A DNA stretch of 64,000 nucleotides from NCBI GenBank assembly GCA_051294375.1, contig CM119271.1, positions 12,510,373 to 12,574,372 on the forward strand, written 5' to 3'. The number at the start of each line of letters is the position of its first letter. Within the stretch, counting starts at the first letter, position 1. Below the pieces are notes generated by a model. That model made no database searches, was not told where the DNA came from, and saw nothing but the letters and a program-made list of their open reading frames with translations. This DNA is from Paraspadella gotoi. Taxonomy: Eukaryota > Animalia > Chaetognatha. This document shows, piece by piece, positions 50,501 through 64,000 of this stretch. The position numbers were made by a program, and so were the translations under genes.

Positions 50501-51920
50501 GACGAGACGTTTGTGTCACAGAAAGATAGAGTGAAGACAGAGACAGAGAGAGAAAGAGAGAGAGAAAGAGAGATAGAGAGAGTGAGAGAGAGAGAGAGAT
50601 AGAGATAAATAGCCCTTCAATGTTTTTCTTCATTTTTTTTATGTACGGTTTTAACTGCATTATTATTTTTGGATCAAAATTGTTTTATGTTGAATTTAGT
50701 GATTGTTTGTAATCGGATTATAAGTGATCGCCTAGTCAGTGTGACGGTTACAGGTTACTTGTGTGTTATAAGCCATGATAGTAACGTGGCATCCATCGGC
50801 TGGTGATATTAATGATTAAAGAATGACACTTAGTATGAACAGTATGGTAGTATTATTATTTTGTTGTTTGCTAAATGACGTTATGCAGTTGCATGAGAAG
50901 AGGGAGCAGACAGGTCATTGAATATATATGAGCAAGTACTAGCATCAGATTACTACTGTATCATAAGTAAGGGCATCGAGCATGGTCGCATCTCCTCCAA
51001 AAGTAGCGGTGAGAAATCCTTTGCTGATTGGCGAGCCGCTTGCGGCTTTGGGACAAAATCATGCGTCAGACAATGGATTTTGTGGCGCAGATGTCGGGGA
51101 TCGCAACGTATAAAGTTTTAGATCTCTCTGTGTAGGTCTGAATAAAGATATATAAAGGATTGTATTTTTTTATTGCTTTAATATAAAAAATATTTCTAAT
51201 GATACTTTGGTTTTTTAAAATAATTTATCTAATGATTACAGATATAGTTTTTTAAAAATTTTTAAATAAATATCATTTGTAGTAATTTTTCTTTCGTTGC
51301 GTATTGAGTTTATAATATGAGAAAAAATTTTTCTATCACAAACGAATGGTAATATGTTCAGAATGCGAGACAATGTTTACGAATTTACATTACAACTCTG
51401 TTAAGCGCTGATGAAGATTTGTAATGTAAAGTAGAAAAATAAACGCATTCTTGTTGATAAATAAAATTATTTTTTCTGCATAGTTAACATTATCATATAT
51501 TTAAGCCTGAAAACTTACATCTTAAAACTTTAACCACTAAACTTAACCGCTAAACGCTGCCCTACCGTCTAACTTTTAACTTAACTTAAGGCTTTAATTC
51601 TAATTTATTCTTAACCCCTAACTTAATTTATACATACCCTTAACTCTAACTTATCCTTAAACTGCACGTAAAGAACCCCTCCTCAACATGAGCCGGAGAG
51701 GGAGAAGACCGTCAGTAGAGAACGCGTACTGAAGAACGGGAATCGCCGCGCCGTAATGTTTCTAATACTCAGTGTCATTCGCGAGTGACATCTATCCGAC
51801 TTGGCGTTTTGTGCGTAAATATATTTAGTACCTCTAAGTAAAATCAGCACTTTATTGAAGAGACAGTGATAATTATTTAATGTGTGTAGTGATGAGACCG
51901 TTCAATATAAGCAGTAGGGG

Positions 51921-52665
51921 TAGCCGGAACAGGTTTGAAGGGAACTAGAAGTTCTCTCAATAATATAATGGTAGAAGTGACTGTTTAGAGAAAATGAAGA
52001 ATAAAATAGATATAAAAAATTAATTATCGATTATAAGCGCCACGTTGAAGACTTAAAGAATTATTTAATTTACTATACTAGTAAGTGTAAAAAATTTCTT
52101 TTTTAAATTTTCAATTTTTTTGGATAGATTTATGAATCGCAGAGCTTTTAGAAGGTTAGATAAAGGTTATTATTACAAGAATGTTTAAAAAATATTTTTG
52201 TTTTATTGATAAAAATTTCAAAAAAACCCAAAAATGATCCAGTAACCAATGATTGATGTGATCTTTTTCCTAAACCGCTTTTATGGTTTGTGTTTTCCAG
52301 CAGAATTTTTGTGCTCAGTACATCAAGTACAATTTTTAGTATCAAAACTTCAGTAGTAAGCTAGACTTTCAGTTTAGAGCTTTATTCAAGTGCTCTTAAT
52401 AGGAGAATGCCGTCTTAGACACACAAAAGTCGTGAAGTTTTGTTGGCGAAAAAAGATTATGTGGTTCTGTCACTTTGTGTTATATATTGTTGAGAAGTAA
52501 ATAATGTGTAAGCAGCGCACTTCAGGGTGACGAATTCAACGCAATGAACTAAGTAAGGCTCAATAAAGTTGTCATTAGTGAAATTGGGTTTGAGTAATAG
52601 AGAAAAATAAATTTTTTTGAGAGAATTATAAGTTATAAAAGTTGTTCAATTTGTTGCGCCGCCTA
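51921..52665. mobile_element. Second, noisy copy of the hAT-like element at 21270-21859
   Basis: Shares tagccggaacagg..actagaagttctctcaa, gttagataaaggttatt and gttcaattt..ccgccta, in the same order. Confidence 0.75.
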
Positions 52666-55600
52666 TGCAATGAGAGCAGTGGATCCCTGAGCTTTTGATC
52701 AGTCTGCGTCAACACAACACTACCGGTGTTAGCGCGGGTTTATGCGCCACGTTCCGCCTCTTAAACGTGCTGAAGCGCGACTAGTCCAACCGCGGGCTAA
52801 AAGCCTGACGCGTTTGGAGTTGAGGAACTATGCTCTCAGTATACCAATTGGCACTGATGAACGCGGTTGCGCTGTTTTAGTCGCACTGATTCCATTGCAT
52901 TGTATGGCCGCACAATAGTATAGGTCAGCAACCGATTACTACAAGTTGATTAATAAAGAACACACGATAATCACGATTTGATTATATAAAACTACAGAAG
53001 ATATCCACACGGTTTTATTAGTTTGAAATTGAATCCTGTCGCCGATGATCGCAAGAAAATTAATAAAATGGTTTAGTAAATAATAGAATTTGATATAGAA
53101 TTTAAGATATAAAATACATATATAAATTAGCATTTTTGATAATAAGATATTGTGAATACCAGGTCAATCAATGAGGTGCATGAGTTAAGATGGTATTTTA
53201 GTTTAATCGCGTGTATTGTCATTGAGCATCCTCTAACCAATTATCAATCGGCTATGGCTAAGCGGTTGAGTGCTCACCTGCTAGGCTGAAAGTATAACGA
53301 ACGACGTAAGCACAAATTGAATGAAATGATCGCAAACCGCGCTAAAGGCTTGTCACGATATGTACATACTAAGAAGTCATCAAATTTCATAGTACACAAC
53401 AGTGTTTTGGGTTTTGCTGTTGAAAAAGAAAAAAAGAAACATTCAAAAACAAACACAATGAGGTAGACTGGATACGTCCCAAGACTGGGCCACTCAAAAA
53501 TTTCAAAACAGATAATACGGAGCAATCACAGAATGACTATCACGGAGTGAAAAATCTCTAACAGAAATACACAAGTTTATGGACTTTTCTACCGTGGTAA
53601 TGAATCGAGCTCCGTCGACCAGACGAAGCGCACATGTCGGTTAAGATAAATGAGTCCTTGGTCCGACGAGGCTCGCTTTCTCCTTCCAGTGCCAGCTTGC
53701 TTCAAACGTACAATGAACAGTGACTGCATAGCCTCCTACCCCGGCTCGTAGACAAGCGAGTCAAAAACGAAAGGAAGGAACCTCAGCAATAAGTGTGGTA
53801 TGAAATACTATTATAACGTAATATTTATACTCTACAATAAGATCATCGTATTATTATAGTTAAAATGTAAGTATAAATACTTTACTTTACAGTTGCATTT
53901 AAATTATTTGTCTCGTTTTCTTATACGATTAAATCTTCTCAGTCGCACGCTATGACACGAGGACGAATGAGGCCATACTCACATAAACGCCCATTACATC
54001 TGAGTGACCAGAGGAAAAGATACGATAAGCAAGGAATTAAGATCTCCGTAGCCTTTGTATAGGATAAATATGGATGTTTCAATGAATAATGATAAATTTA
54101 TGAAGTATATAATATATTAATCTATTAAAAAGGATTGAGCGGCGGAAAGTGAGATGTGGTATCCAGTACATAACCGAACCGAGTGAGGCAAAAACAAAAA
54201 ATCACTCTTACCTGAACTTCAGGGCATGGGAAAAGCCACGAGCAGGTTTGCTCTGTCGGCGTAGGTGACCATCGGCTGTTTCTTGGATTTTGAAGTATCG
54301 GCGGTAGAGTCTATTGACGCGTTTGGGGTCCAATAATAGACTGTCTAATATCTATCCCGATAGCAAAAAGCCTTTGATTTCGTTCGGAATATTCATATTT
54401 AACGATATATAGAAAATTATTAGCGCTCTCAGCGCTCACTCACCTAAAAATGAAAGTAGAGACATCTGTAGCTTTCTAACCATGTATTCAAAATGGACAT
54501 TCTTCGTGGGCAGTGACGGTTGGGTTAAATTTGAGGACTAAAAAAGGAGTTCATTGATGTAGCCAAACAAGCAAATTCAATTGTCTGGAATTTTTTTAAC
54601 TCATTTTTTTATAGATTCAAGTTGGTACATCAAGGAGACCACTCGGTGCTTTAGTTCATATAATAAGTCAAAATGAAAGTACGGTTACTTGTTAATTTAT
54701 TTGAACGAACGAAGCTGGTCCTAGGAGAGAATAAGTTAGTCGAACCCGGAGGAGTTTACAAACAGCTGTCATGATATTCAAATGCATTTTAGATACATTG
54801 GAATGAAATTACCTGCTCTGGAGCGGTCAGCACATCATATTGTATGTCTCATCTACATCCAGAGACCACTACAGACCTTGTCAGAATCTATGCGCCATAA
54901 TTATTACTATTTATTATATAAAAGGCTTGGGAGCCATAATTGGATTTTATATAGAATCGATATTCAAGCGGAAAAACTTGATAAAACAACGTCCGTCCGA
55001 CCGAAATTCGACTGACAATCGCCCAGATAGAAGTGAAGACAGTGAGATTACAGGAGAGAGATATAGAAGAGAGAGAGAGAGAGATATGAGAGAGTGAAGA
55101 AGAGAGATAGAAAGAGTTGAAAATAGCCCTTCAAGAATGTTTTTGTTCCAGAAGCTAAAAAAACATTTTTGTTTGACAAACGATTTTTACAAAAATCGCT
55201 TTTCCGTCCGAAGCTGTTTGAAGATTTGAGAGAGACAGAGAGAGAGAGAGCAGGAGGAGTGAGAAAGAGAGAGAGAAGAGGATGAGCAGAGAGAGAGAGG
55301 AGGAGAGAGAGAGAAGAGAGAAGAGATGAGAGTGCCAGAAAATATCAGATAAACGTAGAAGAGGAAAAGGAGTCGAGANNNNNNNNNNNNNNNNNNNNNN
55401 NNNAAGAAGAACTAATTTGGAAAACCATTAGAGTCGCTAGAAACAAAAGGGAAAGAAGAGGAGAGAGAGAGAGGGAGAGAGAGGAAGAAGAAGATAGGGA
55501 GGAGAGTGGGAGGAAAGAGGGAGAGAAAGAAGGGGGAGGAAAGGAAAGGAGAATGAAACAGATGAGAGGAGGGAAGAGAAGAGAAGAAAGAAGAAGAAGG

Positions 55601-56206
55601 AGAGGAAAAAGAGAAAGAGGAGGAAAGAGAGGAAAACAAAAAAATAAAAGGAGAAAAAAAAAGATGAGAAAAAGGAAAGAAAGAAATAAAAAAAGGAAGA
55701 GAGAAAAAAGAGAAGAGGAAAAAAAATTAGTAAGGGAAAGCGAAGGAAAGGAGAAATGAGGGAGAAAAGGGAACAAAGGAAGAGATAAAAGAAAGGAAAG
55801 TAGGAAAGGAGAAGTGAGGGAGAAAAGGAAAAGATGAGGTAAAAGAAGAAATGGTGAAAAAAATAAAGAAAGAAAAATACATAGTAGTACGAGAGAAAAA
55901 AAATGAAGAAAAGCAAAAAAGGGAGAGGACAAAGTGGGAGACATAAGTACAGACCATTAAAACTCGCGAGAAAAAAGAAGTCATGNNNNNNNNNNNNNNN
56001 NNNNNNNNNNTATCATAATTCGAATGTTCTGACAGATGATATACTATGTGTGCTCTTCGACAATATTGAGGGGGCGGACCGACGGACCGAAAAAGTGAGT
56101 TATAAAAAGTGAGTTATAGATGTCGGGATCTGCTGATAAGCAGATCCGACTAAACCCTATTATAATCAAAACTTTTCAAATAATTTCATTTTCCTTTTTT
56201 AAAAAG

Positions 56207-56545
56207 GTCATCCTCGTCACCTCCAGTCCACTCACGACTCCCGACCCTTTCTGGGTCGACCCATGACCTTGACGCCGACCCGATTTCTCGACCCCGATTA
56301 GTCGATACAAGAAAACGAAAAACCTGTTAGCCCCTTCGGCATCGACCCCGATTTGTCCCTGATCGGAGAGATTAATTGGCAGAATGGAAGGTTGCCTTCT
56401 TTCCGCCGACGTAGTTATTATTGCAAAGAACGGAGATTTCCGGGTTGGTTGACTCTGTGATGTGTAGATTGTCCGGAAATGGAAGGATGAAAACCGGGAT
56501 TCCGGTGCCGGAGATACGAGATTGTGGTTGGAGGCCGTGGAATGA
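56207..56545 (+). pseudogene. Indel-rich inverted copy of the cytochrome P450 last exon (probably artefactual)
   Basis: Reverse complement of 63271-63585 with many indels (..ctgggtcgacccatgacctt..ttcggcatcg..). Confidence 0.75.
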
Positions 56546-58127
56546 GATGAGATGAAGTGGGTGAAGGTAGGTTTGTGGGAGTGTTTTGAAATTTAAAGGG
56601 TGTTTTGTTGAATATGGTTTGTGTTTTGAGGGGCGATGTTGTTGTTCATTTGATTACTTGTGGCAGTTTGTAGTGGGGGGTATTTTTGGGTTGTTTTTTT
56701 ATATAATTATTGTGTTTTGGTATTCGTTTACAACAATATGTTTGATCAGTGGAGTGGGATGTGTTATTTGGGCTTTGTTTCGCGAGAGTGACCCATTTCT
56801 TGTTCATTTTTTTTTACATTTAAAATTTAACCATAATATCCAATTGAATATTTGTTTTATTACTTATAAACCAATTCTTGATTACTAATATTTAAACCCT
56901 AATTTCTAACCCCTAATCTCTAACCAATATTAATCCCTAACCAAATCCCTAACCCTAAATCACAACCAAATACCTTAATCCTTAACTAACTAAATCTTCA
57001 CGCAAAAAAATTAACTAAATTACAAAATTAGAATTAAAGATGGGACGCCCTCCATTGTGATTTATATATTATGTGCTTTTTAAAATTTGTTTTTTTTGTT
57101 GTATTTGTGACTCTTTTGTTTTTTATTTTTTTGATGACAGTATGATACAGATTATTAATGCCAGTCATTTGTTTGTATTTTTAGTTTTATGGTTATTTTG
57201 TCACGCTAAAACTTTTTTTTTTGCTCGTGAATTGATTTTGATTGTAGAGGAAATATATTTTGTGTGTGTAGTATAGAATTTAACAGGATTTCTAATCCGG
57301 TTTTTTTTGTTTGTTTTTGTTAATCCGGTAAAAAAACAAATCAGTCCATCCAATGTGTTGGGGCCGCGATGACTTTTCTTGTAGTTGGTATGATATGCCC
57401 TGCATCGTGTAATTTAGTCTTTTATTATTTCTTTTTCGTTGAGGATTGTCGTTTCTGAAAGGCTGGCGCTATGCAGTCCCCTAGATTTGAAGAATTTTTT
57501 TTTTTTTCCGTTTTTTTAAGCAAATGAGCAACTAAAAATTTTAATTATATATAACAAATTTTGCTCGTCGATTTATTCTTTTCTAATTTTTTTTTTCTTT
57601 CGCATAGAAAAAAAAAAACAATCGGTTTAATTTTTATATACATGTATTTGACCGACATAGCTTATGTCTAATAAATTTAAAAATGGACAATGGTTACTTT
57701 TCAAGAGGACAGAATGGGAATGTTTGAAAAAAATAAATCAATTGAGATTGTTGTAAAATAAATTTGACCAAAAATTGGCTGAAATGGTGGGTGTCGGTGT
57801 GTGTGTGTCCGGGCACGGGAAAGTGAGAAGAAGAAGATCCGGATATGAAAACGGGCGAAGACGCCGGAAAAAAGGATCGAGGGAAAGAGAACAGGGAAGG
57901 AGGAAGGCGGGAGGAGAGAGAAGAGAGGATATCGGGGAGAAGGGAGAAGATAGAGAAGGAACCTTTTAATATTTTCAATCTTGAAGAAAAATTATCAATG
58001 AAAAATTTTAAATCAACCGTATAATTAATATTCTAGGCGGTCTTTCCTCTCAGTCTCTTCTCTCTTGCTCTCTCTCTCTGCTCTCAGTCTCTCTCATCTG
58101 CTCTCCTCTTCTCTCTCTCCTTTTCTC

Positions 58128-58160
<33 letters not shown>

Positions 58161-59095
58161 TTCTTCAAACTCAACAACTTCGACAAAAATCGACTTTTTT
58201 AAAATTCGTTTTGTTCAAAAAAAATTTTTTTTTTAGCTTCTCGGCAACAAAAATTGCAAGTTTTTGTTCCTCACTTAGAACTTACCTTTTTAGTTATCGA
58301 TGGAGGGTTTCGTTCTCAAAGACGTTATCCTTAGAGAGAGAGAGAGAACATGCCCTTCCTAATCATCGCGTCTTTTCTCAGTTATCATAATCCTTATTCT
58401 GTCCATGAAAATCGTTTTGCCCTACTCTTGCCTCATCCTAACTTACTTTGCCCCAAGTGATCTACTTTCAAAAAAAATCCTTTTGCTTCGAATGAAAAAA
58501 GACTTTCTCATCTTTCTCTCTGAAGAAAAACTAATTTGAGACACATCAATAACATTCTGAACTCTAAAGATCGACTCGCCATTGTTATTTATTGATACAA
58601 ATATAAAAATTATCTATTCATTTAATAATAAATTATTTTGCCCCCTGACTTTGGACAGGCTTGGTGGTTTAAGGGCCTCCATCAACTCTTACAAGATAAA
58701 TGACATAGCAGGTCCCTTCAAGTTTTCGATCAAGACTCTTTCACAGTCTCGTTTATTCACTCCCAGAGTTCCTGCTTTCCCTATCAATGAAGTGGTACAA
58801 TATTGTCGAAGAATGTTCAGTTGTAATATAAGGACAACTCTCATTTGTAATTCATGAAAGTCATTTTAATTAGTAACAACTGGCCATCGAATAATACATA
58901 ATTCATTGTTTATTTTTTTGTTTATTTTGATTCGTATTTTTAGGCCTCGTTCTAGAGATATAAGGCGTAGTTAACATGGTTTTTTAAAATTTATTTTATT
59001 TCCATATATTTTATTGATTGGTTTATTTATTTTTTATTTTATTTATTTAATTTATTAATTTATATATTTGTTTATTTTATTTATTGTTCGCTTAT

Positions 59096-59127
<32 letters not shown>

Positions 59128-59593
59128 TTTGATTATATTTATCTTCTATTTTAATTTATTTATCTTATTTTATTTATTTATTGATATTTATTATATTTCT
59201 TTAATTTATTTATTTAATTTATCATATTATTTTTTATTTATTTCTATTTATTTATTTCATTTATTTATTTATTCTATTTATATATTTATTTCTTAATTTT
59301 ATTTATTTATTTATTTATTTATTTTATTATTTATTATTATTTATTTATTAATTTCTCTCATACCACATTTCTCCCCCATATTCTCCCTCTCTCTCCCCCG
59401 ACGTCTCTCCCCACGCCCCCTTTCCTTCCAAGCCGCGCTTCATTCGGCGGAAGCGTCGCTGCGGCGGCGGCGGCAGCTCCGGCGGCGGCCGGTCGTGCCG
59501 AAAATTTCATTTTCTTTGTTAGAGTTGGATTGGATTGCGTCTCCAGCCGGTTAATGAAAATTGCCATCCGTTTCCGCCGCTTCTCTCTCTTCT

Positions 59594-59649
<56 letters not shown>

Positions 59650-60412
59650 TCTCTTTTTTTCCGTTCCAGTAAGCCGACAAAGGGGGGGATTCTTTTTTAG
59701 GCCAGGAATAAGGGCGCTCTCTCTCTCTCTCTCTCTCTTCCTCTTCCTTCATCTTCTTCTAGTTTCCGGGGCCGAAGATTGATTGAAATTGTCCCGCCAA
59801 AGAACCGCACATCATTCTTCGTCTCTCCTCTCATCTCTCTCTCCTCCTCTCTCTCTCTCTTCTCTCTCTCTCCTCCTTCTCCTCTCTACTCCTCTCTCCT
59901 TCTCTCCGTTCCTCGCTCTCCACCAAAACCGGCGAAATGGCGTCGCTAGCGGGCGAAAAAACGGCGGCGAAAATTCGGAATCTAATTCTTTGGGGCGGAC
60001 GACTTTATTTAGGAGGGTGGATGACGAGGAGCAGAGGAGTCTGTGGCGAGCGGCCGGTGCGGCATGGAACGGCGGCGGTAGTACGACGGGCGTGCTTGAA
60101 TCTGCGGAAATGCTGTCGGCAGTCAGTCAACAACATAAAAATAATTCTAAACTCAACTTAATTGCATTCTCTTTCTGCCTATTCTTGGTGTTTATCTATT
60201 CTTTCCTTCTTACCTCTCTTTCATCTCTCTCTCTCTATCTCTCTCTCTCTCTCTCTCGTCTCTCTCGCTCTCTCTCTCTCTCTTCTTCCTCTCTCATCTC
60301 TCCTCCCTCTTCCCCTCTCTCTCTCCCTTCTCTGTTCATATGAGAGAGAGAGAGACGGAAGAATGAATGGCGGTTCTTTGGCGGGACAATTCAATTCATC
60401 TTCGTCCCCGGA

Positions 60413-60452
<40 letters not shown>

Positions 60453-61728
60453 GGGCGGAAACGATGGCAATTTTCATAACGGGCTGAGAGACGCAATCAA
60501 TCCAACTCTAAACAAAGAAAATGAATTTTCGCACGACCGCCGCCGCCGGAGCTGCCGCCGCCGCCGCAGCGACGCTTCCGCCGAATGAGCGGCTGGAAAG
60601 GAAGAGGGGGGCGTGGGGAGAGACGTCGGGGGAGAGAGGAGGGAGAAACCCATAAGGGCGAGAAAAGTGAGTATGAAGATGAGAAAAATTAAATAAAATA
60701 AATAAAATAAACTAAATAAACAATAAATAAATAAAAATAAAATAAGATAAATAAATAAATAAATAACGAATAAACTTATACATAAATAAATTAACATAAC
60801 ACTCAATATAAATAACTAGCAAACTACTAAATAAATAAATAATCAACTACTCATACAATAAAATAAAATAAAAAAATAAAAATAACCCTATAAATAAATT
60901 AAAAAAATAAATAAATAAATAAAATAAAATAAATAAAATAAATAAATAAATAAATAAATAAAATACAAATAAATAAATAAATAGTGATAAATACAATAAA
61001 ATTAAAATAACACAAAACTAAATATAACATGAAACGGAATCAATAAATATATGAAATAAAATAAATTTTAAAAAACCTGTAATTACGCTTTATATCTAGA
61101 ACGAGGCTAAAAATACGAATCAAAATAAACAAAAAAATAAAACAATGAATTATGTATTATTCGATGCCAGGTTACTAATTAAAATGACTTTCATGAATTA
61201 CAAATGAGAGTTGTCCTTATATACAACTGAAACATTCTTCGAAATATTGTACCACTTCATTGATAGGGAAGCCAGGAACTCTGGGAGTGAATAAACGAGA
61301 CTGTGAAAGAGTCTTGATCGAAAACTTGAAGGGACCTGCTATGTCATTATCTTGTAAGAGTGATGGAGGCCTTAAACCACCAAAGCCTGTCCAAAGTCAG
61401 GGGCAAAATAATTTATTTATTAAATGAATAGATAATTTTTATATTGGTTGTATCAATTTAATAACAATGCGAGTCGATCTTTAGAGTTCAGAATGTTATT
61501 GATTTGTCTCAATTAGTTTTCTTCAGAGAGAAAGAGAGAAAGTCTTTTTTCATTCGAAGCAAAAGGATTTTTTTGAAAAGTAGATCACTTGGGTGCAAAG
61601 TAAGTTAGGATGAGGCAAAGTAGGGCAAAACGATTTCATGGACAGAATAAGGATTATTGATAACTGAGAAAAGAGCGATGATTGAGGAAGGGGCATTTCT
61701 CTCTCTCTCTCTACCTCTCTCCTCCTCT

Positions 61729-61766
<38 letters not shown>

Positions 61767-63270
61767 AGGATACGTCTGTGAAACGAAAATCCAATCGATA
61801 ACTAAAAAGGTAGTTCCTTAAGTGAGAACAAAACTCTGCAATTTTGTTGCGCAGAAGATTAAAAGAAAAAATTTTTTTGAAAACAAACGAATTTTAAACG
61901 AACGTCGATTTTCTTGTCGGAAGTTGTTGAGTTTGAAGGAGGAGAGAGAGAGAGAGAGCACGAGGATGAGAGAAAGAGGAGAGAGAGAGAGATGAGAGAG
62001 AGGAGAGTAGTGAGGGAGAGAGAGAGCAGAGAGAGAGAGACGGAGAGAAAGACGCCTAGAATTATAATTACGGTTGATTAAAATTTTTCATTGATAAATT
62101 TTTCTTCAAGATTTGAAATATTAAAAGGTTCTTCCCTATCTTCTCTCTCTCCCCTCTATCCTCTCTTCTCTCTCCTCCCGCCCTCCTTTTTCTCCTCTTC
62201 TCTTTCCCTCGATCCTTTTTCCGGCGTCTCGCCGTTTAATCCGGATTTTTTTTTTCATTTCCGGTGCCGGAAACAACAACAACAACGACACCCATTTTCG
62301 CTTTTGGTTTTAAAATCTAAATTGATTTTTTTTTNNNNNNNNNNNNNNNNNNNNNNNNNNNNNNNNNNNNNNNNNNNNNNNNNNNNNNNNNNNNNNNNNN
62401 NAAAAAAAAAACAAAACAAAAAACGGATTAAATTTCCGTTAAATTCTATTTCCACAAAATATTTTCCATCTACAATCAAAATCCAATTCACGGCAAAAAA
62501 AAAAGTTTAAAGCGTGAATACCATAAAACTAAAAATACAAACAATGATGCATTTATAATTGTANNNNNNNNNNNNNNNNNNNNNNNNNNNNNNNNNNNNN
62601 NNNNNNNNNNNNNNNNNNNNNNNNNNNNNNNNNNNNNNNNNNNNNNNNNNNNNNNNNNNNNNNNNNNNNNNNNNNNNNNNNNNNNNNNNNNNNNNNNNNN
62701 NNNNNNNNNNNNNNNNNNNNNNNNNNNNNNNNNNNNNNNNNNNNNNNNNNNNNNNNNNNNNNNNNNNNNNNNNNNNNNNNNNNNNNNNNNNNNNNNNNNN
62801 NNNNNNNNNNNNNNNNNNNNNNNNNNNNNNNNNNNNNNNNNNNNNNNNNNNNNNNNNNNNNNNNNNNNNNNNNNNNNNNNNNNNNNNNNNNNNNNNNNNN
62901 NNNNNNNNNGTTAGGGATTTGGGTTAGGGATTAATATTTTGGGTTAGAGATTAGGGTTAAGAATTAGGGTTAAATATTAGTATCAAGAATTGGTTTATAA
63001 GTATAAACAAATATTCAAATTGGATATTATGGTTAAATTTAAATTGTAAAAAAAATGAACAAAAATGGGTCACTCTCGGAAAACAAAGCCCAAATAAACA
63101 CATCCCACTCCACTGTTTCAACTAATTGTTGTAAACGAATAAAACACATATATATAAAATAAACAACCCAAAAATCCCCCAATAAAATTCCCAAATTCAT
63201 CCACTCCCCCTCAACCACCTTTCCCCCCTTTTCCACTCCCACCCAAACCACCTTTCCCCACTTCTCTCTC

Positions 63271-63585
63271 TCATACGGCCTCCACCACAATCTCGTATTT
63301 CTCCGGCACCCGGAATCCCGGTTTTCTTCCTTCCATTTCCGGCATCTCACATCCGGCTCCCAACCGGATCTCCGTTCTTTGCAATAATCTTGTGGCGAAG
63401 AAGACCAATTCCATTCTGGCCAATTTCTCTCCGATGCAGGCTCGGGGTCCGATGCCGAAGGCTAACAGGTTTTCGTTCTTCTTGTATCGACCTTCGGGGT
63501 CGAGAAATCGGGTCGGGTCAAAGGTCATGGGGTCGACCCAGAGGTCGGGGTCGTGGTGGATGCCCCATAGGTTGACGAGGATGAC
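63271..63585 (-). CDS. Cytochrome P450, terminal exon (clan-2-like); upstream exons lie toward or beyond the window end
   Basis: After an AG acceptor: VILVNLWGIHHDPDLWVDPMTFDPTRFL (PERF region), AFGIGPRACIGEKLARMEL (heme FxxGxRxCxG), stop at 63271. Confidence 0.95.
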   Translation of the reverse strand, partial: VILVNLWGIHHDPDLWVDPMTFDPTRFLDPEGRYKKNENLLAFGIGPRACIGEKLARMELVFFATRLLQRTEIRLGAGCEMPEMEGRKPGFRVPEKYEIVVEAV

Positions 63586-64000
63586 CTTTTTAAAAGGAAA
63601 GATGAATTATGTTGAAAAAGTTTTAATTTATTAATAGGGTTTTTTTTTAGTCAATCCGCATCCGGTCTGATTTAATAAAGTTTGGTAAGATTAAATATAA
63701 TTTGATTAGATAAAGTTTAGAATTGGTCAGTCTTGCTCGGATTTATCTTCTTATTATTTTTATTATTATCTTTTTATCTTTATTTTTTATATTTGGTCAG
63801 AATTTGTCACTTTGAATGAGGAAATTTGGTTAGGTTTAGTCAGATTTAATTAAATTTGGGTTAAACTGGGAAAGATTGAATTTGTTCAGATTTGGTTACA
63901 TTTTGTCGCACTTTCTCACATTTTCTCAGATTTCTCGAGTTTATTCCAAGGACTTTAGATCAATCTTCCAAAACATCTTTCAGTAGTTGATCTCACAATG

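Larger units (their letters stand above)
56140..63655. repeat. Large fold-back inverted repeat, arms ~56140-59830 and ~60345-63655, spacer ~500 bp
   Basis: Reverse-complement anchors: 56200/63590 (CYP exon), 56760/63100, 58645/61400, 58720/61320, 59560/60470, 59790/60385. Confidence 0.92.

Noticed and set aside
60285-60350. Residual SMRTbell adapter at the palindrome turn
   Set aside because: Cannot be distinguished from the surrounding CT microsatellite, and no GTTGTTGTTG core is visible.
62910-62972. TTAGGG-like tract as telomere (also 56895-56985 and 51525-51660)
   Set aside because: Short, degenerate and internal; more likely a repeat-internal motif.
63935-64000. Penultimate CYP exon (VRSTTE.. 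on the minus strand)
   Set aside because: Too short, with stops in all plausible frames, and cut by the window edge.

Overview
This is eukaryotic DNA, most likely from an invertebrate animal, in a draft hybrid assembly. It is rich in (GA)n, (GTC/GAC)n and (GATT)n microsatellites, and most ORFs in the supplied track are translations of these repeats. Supported genes are: (1) a four-exon flavin-containing monooxygenase at 336-~2850 (+) that follows the bacterial trimethylamine-monooxygenase (Tmm/mFMO) type motif by motif but has GT-AG introns; (2) three tandem single-ORF C2H2 zinc-finger genes on the minus strand (24.9-32.6 kb), two with decayed finger tails; and (3) the last exon of a clan-2-like cytochrome P450 (63271-63585, -), with a noisy inverted copy at ~56.2 kb. 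Structure: ~2.63-12.56 kb is repeated in tandem at ~12.56-22.4 kb, and three fold-back inversions each begin just after an exact 25-N gap. Much of this redundancy is therefore probably haplotype or gap-filling artefact. The two tandem copies differ by a ~590-bp hAT-like insertion with a target-site duplication, located next to a 3'-half tRNA-Leu fragment that ends in CCA. No CRISPR, rRNA or prokaryotic operon is supported. All homology calls come from remembered motifs, not database searches.
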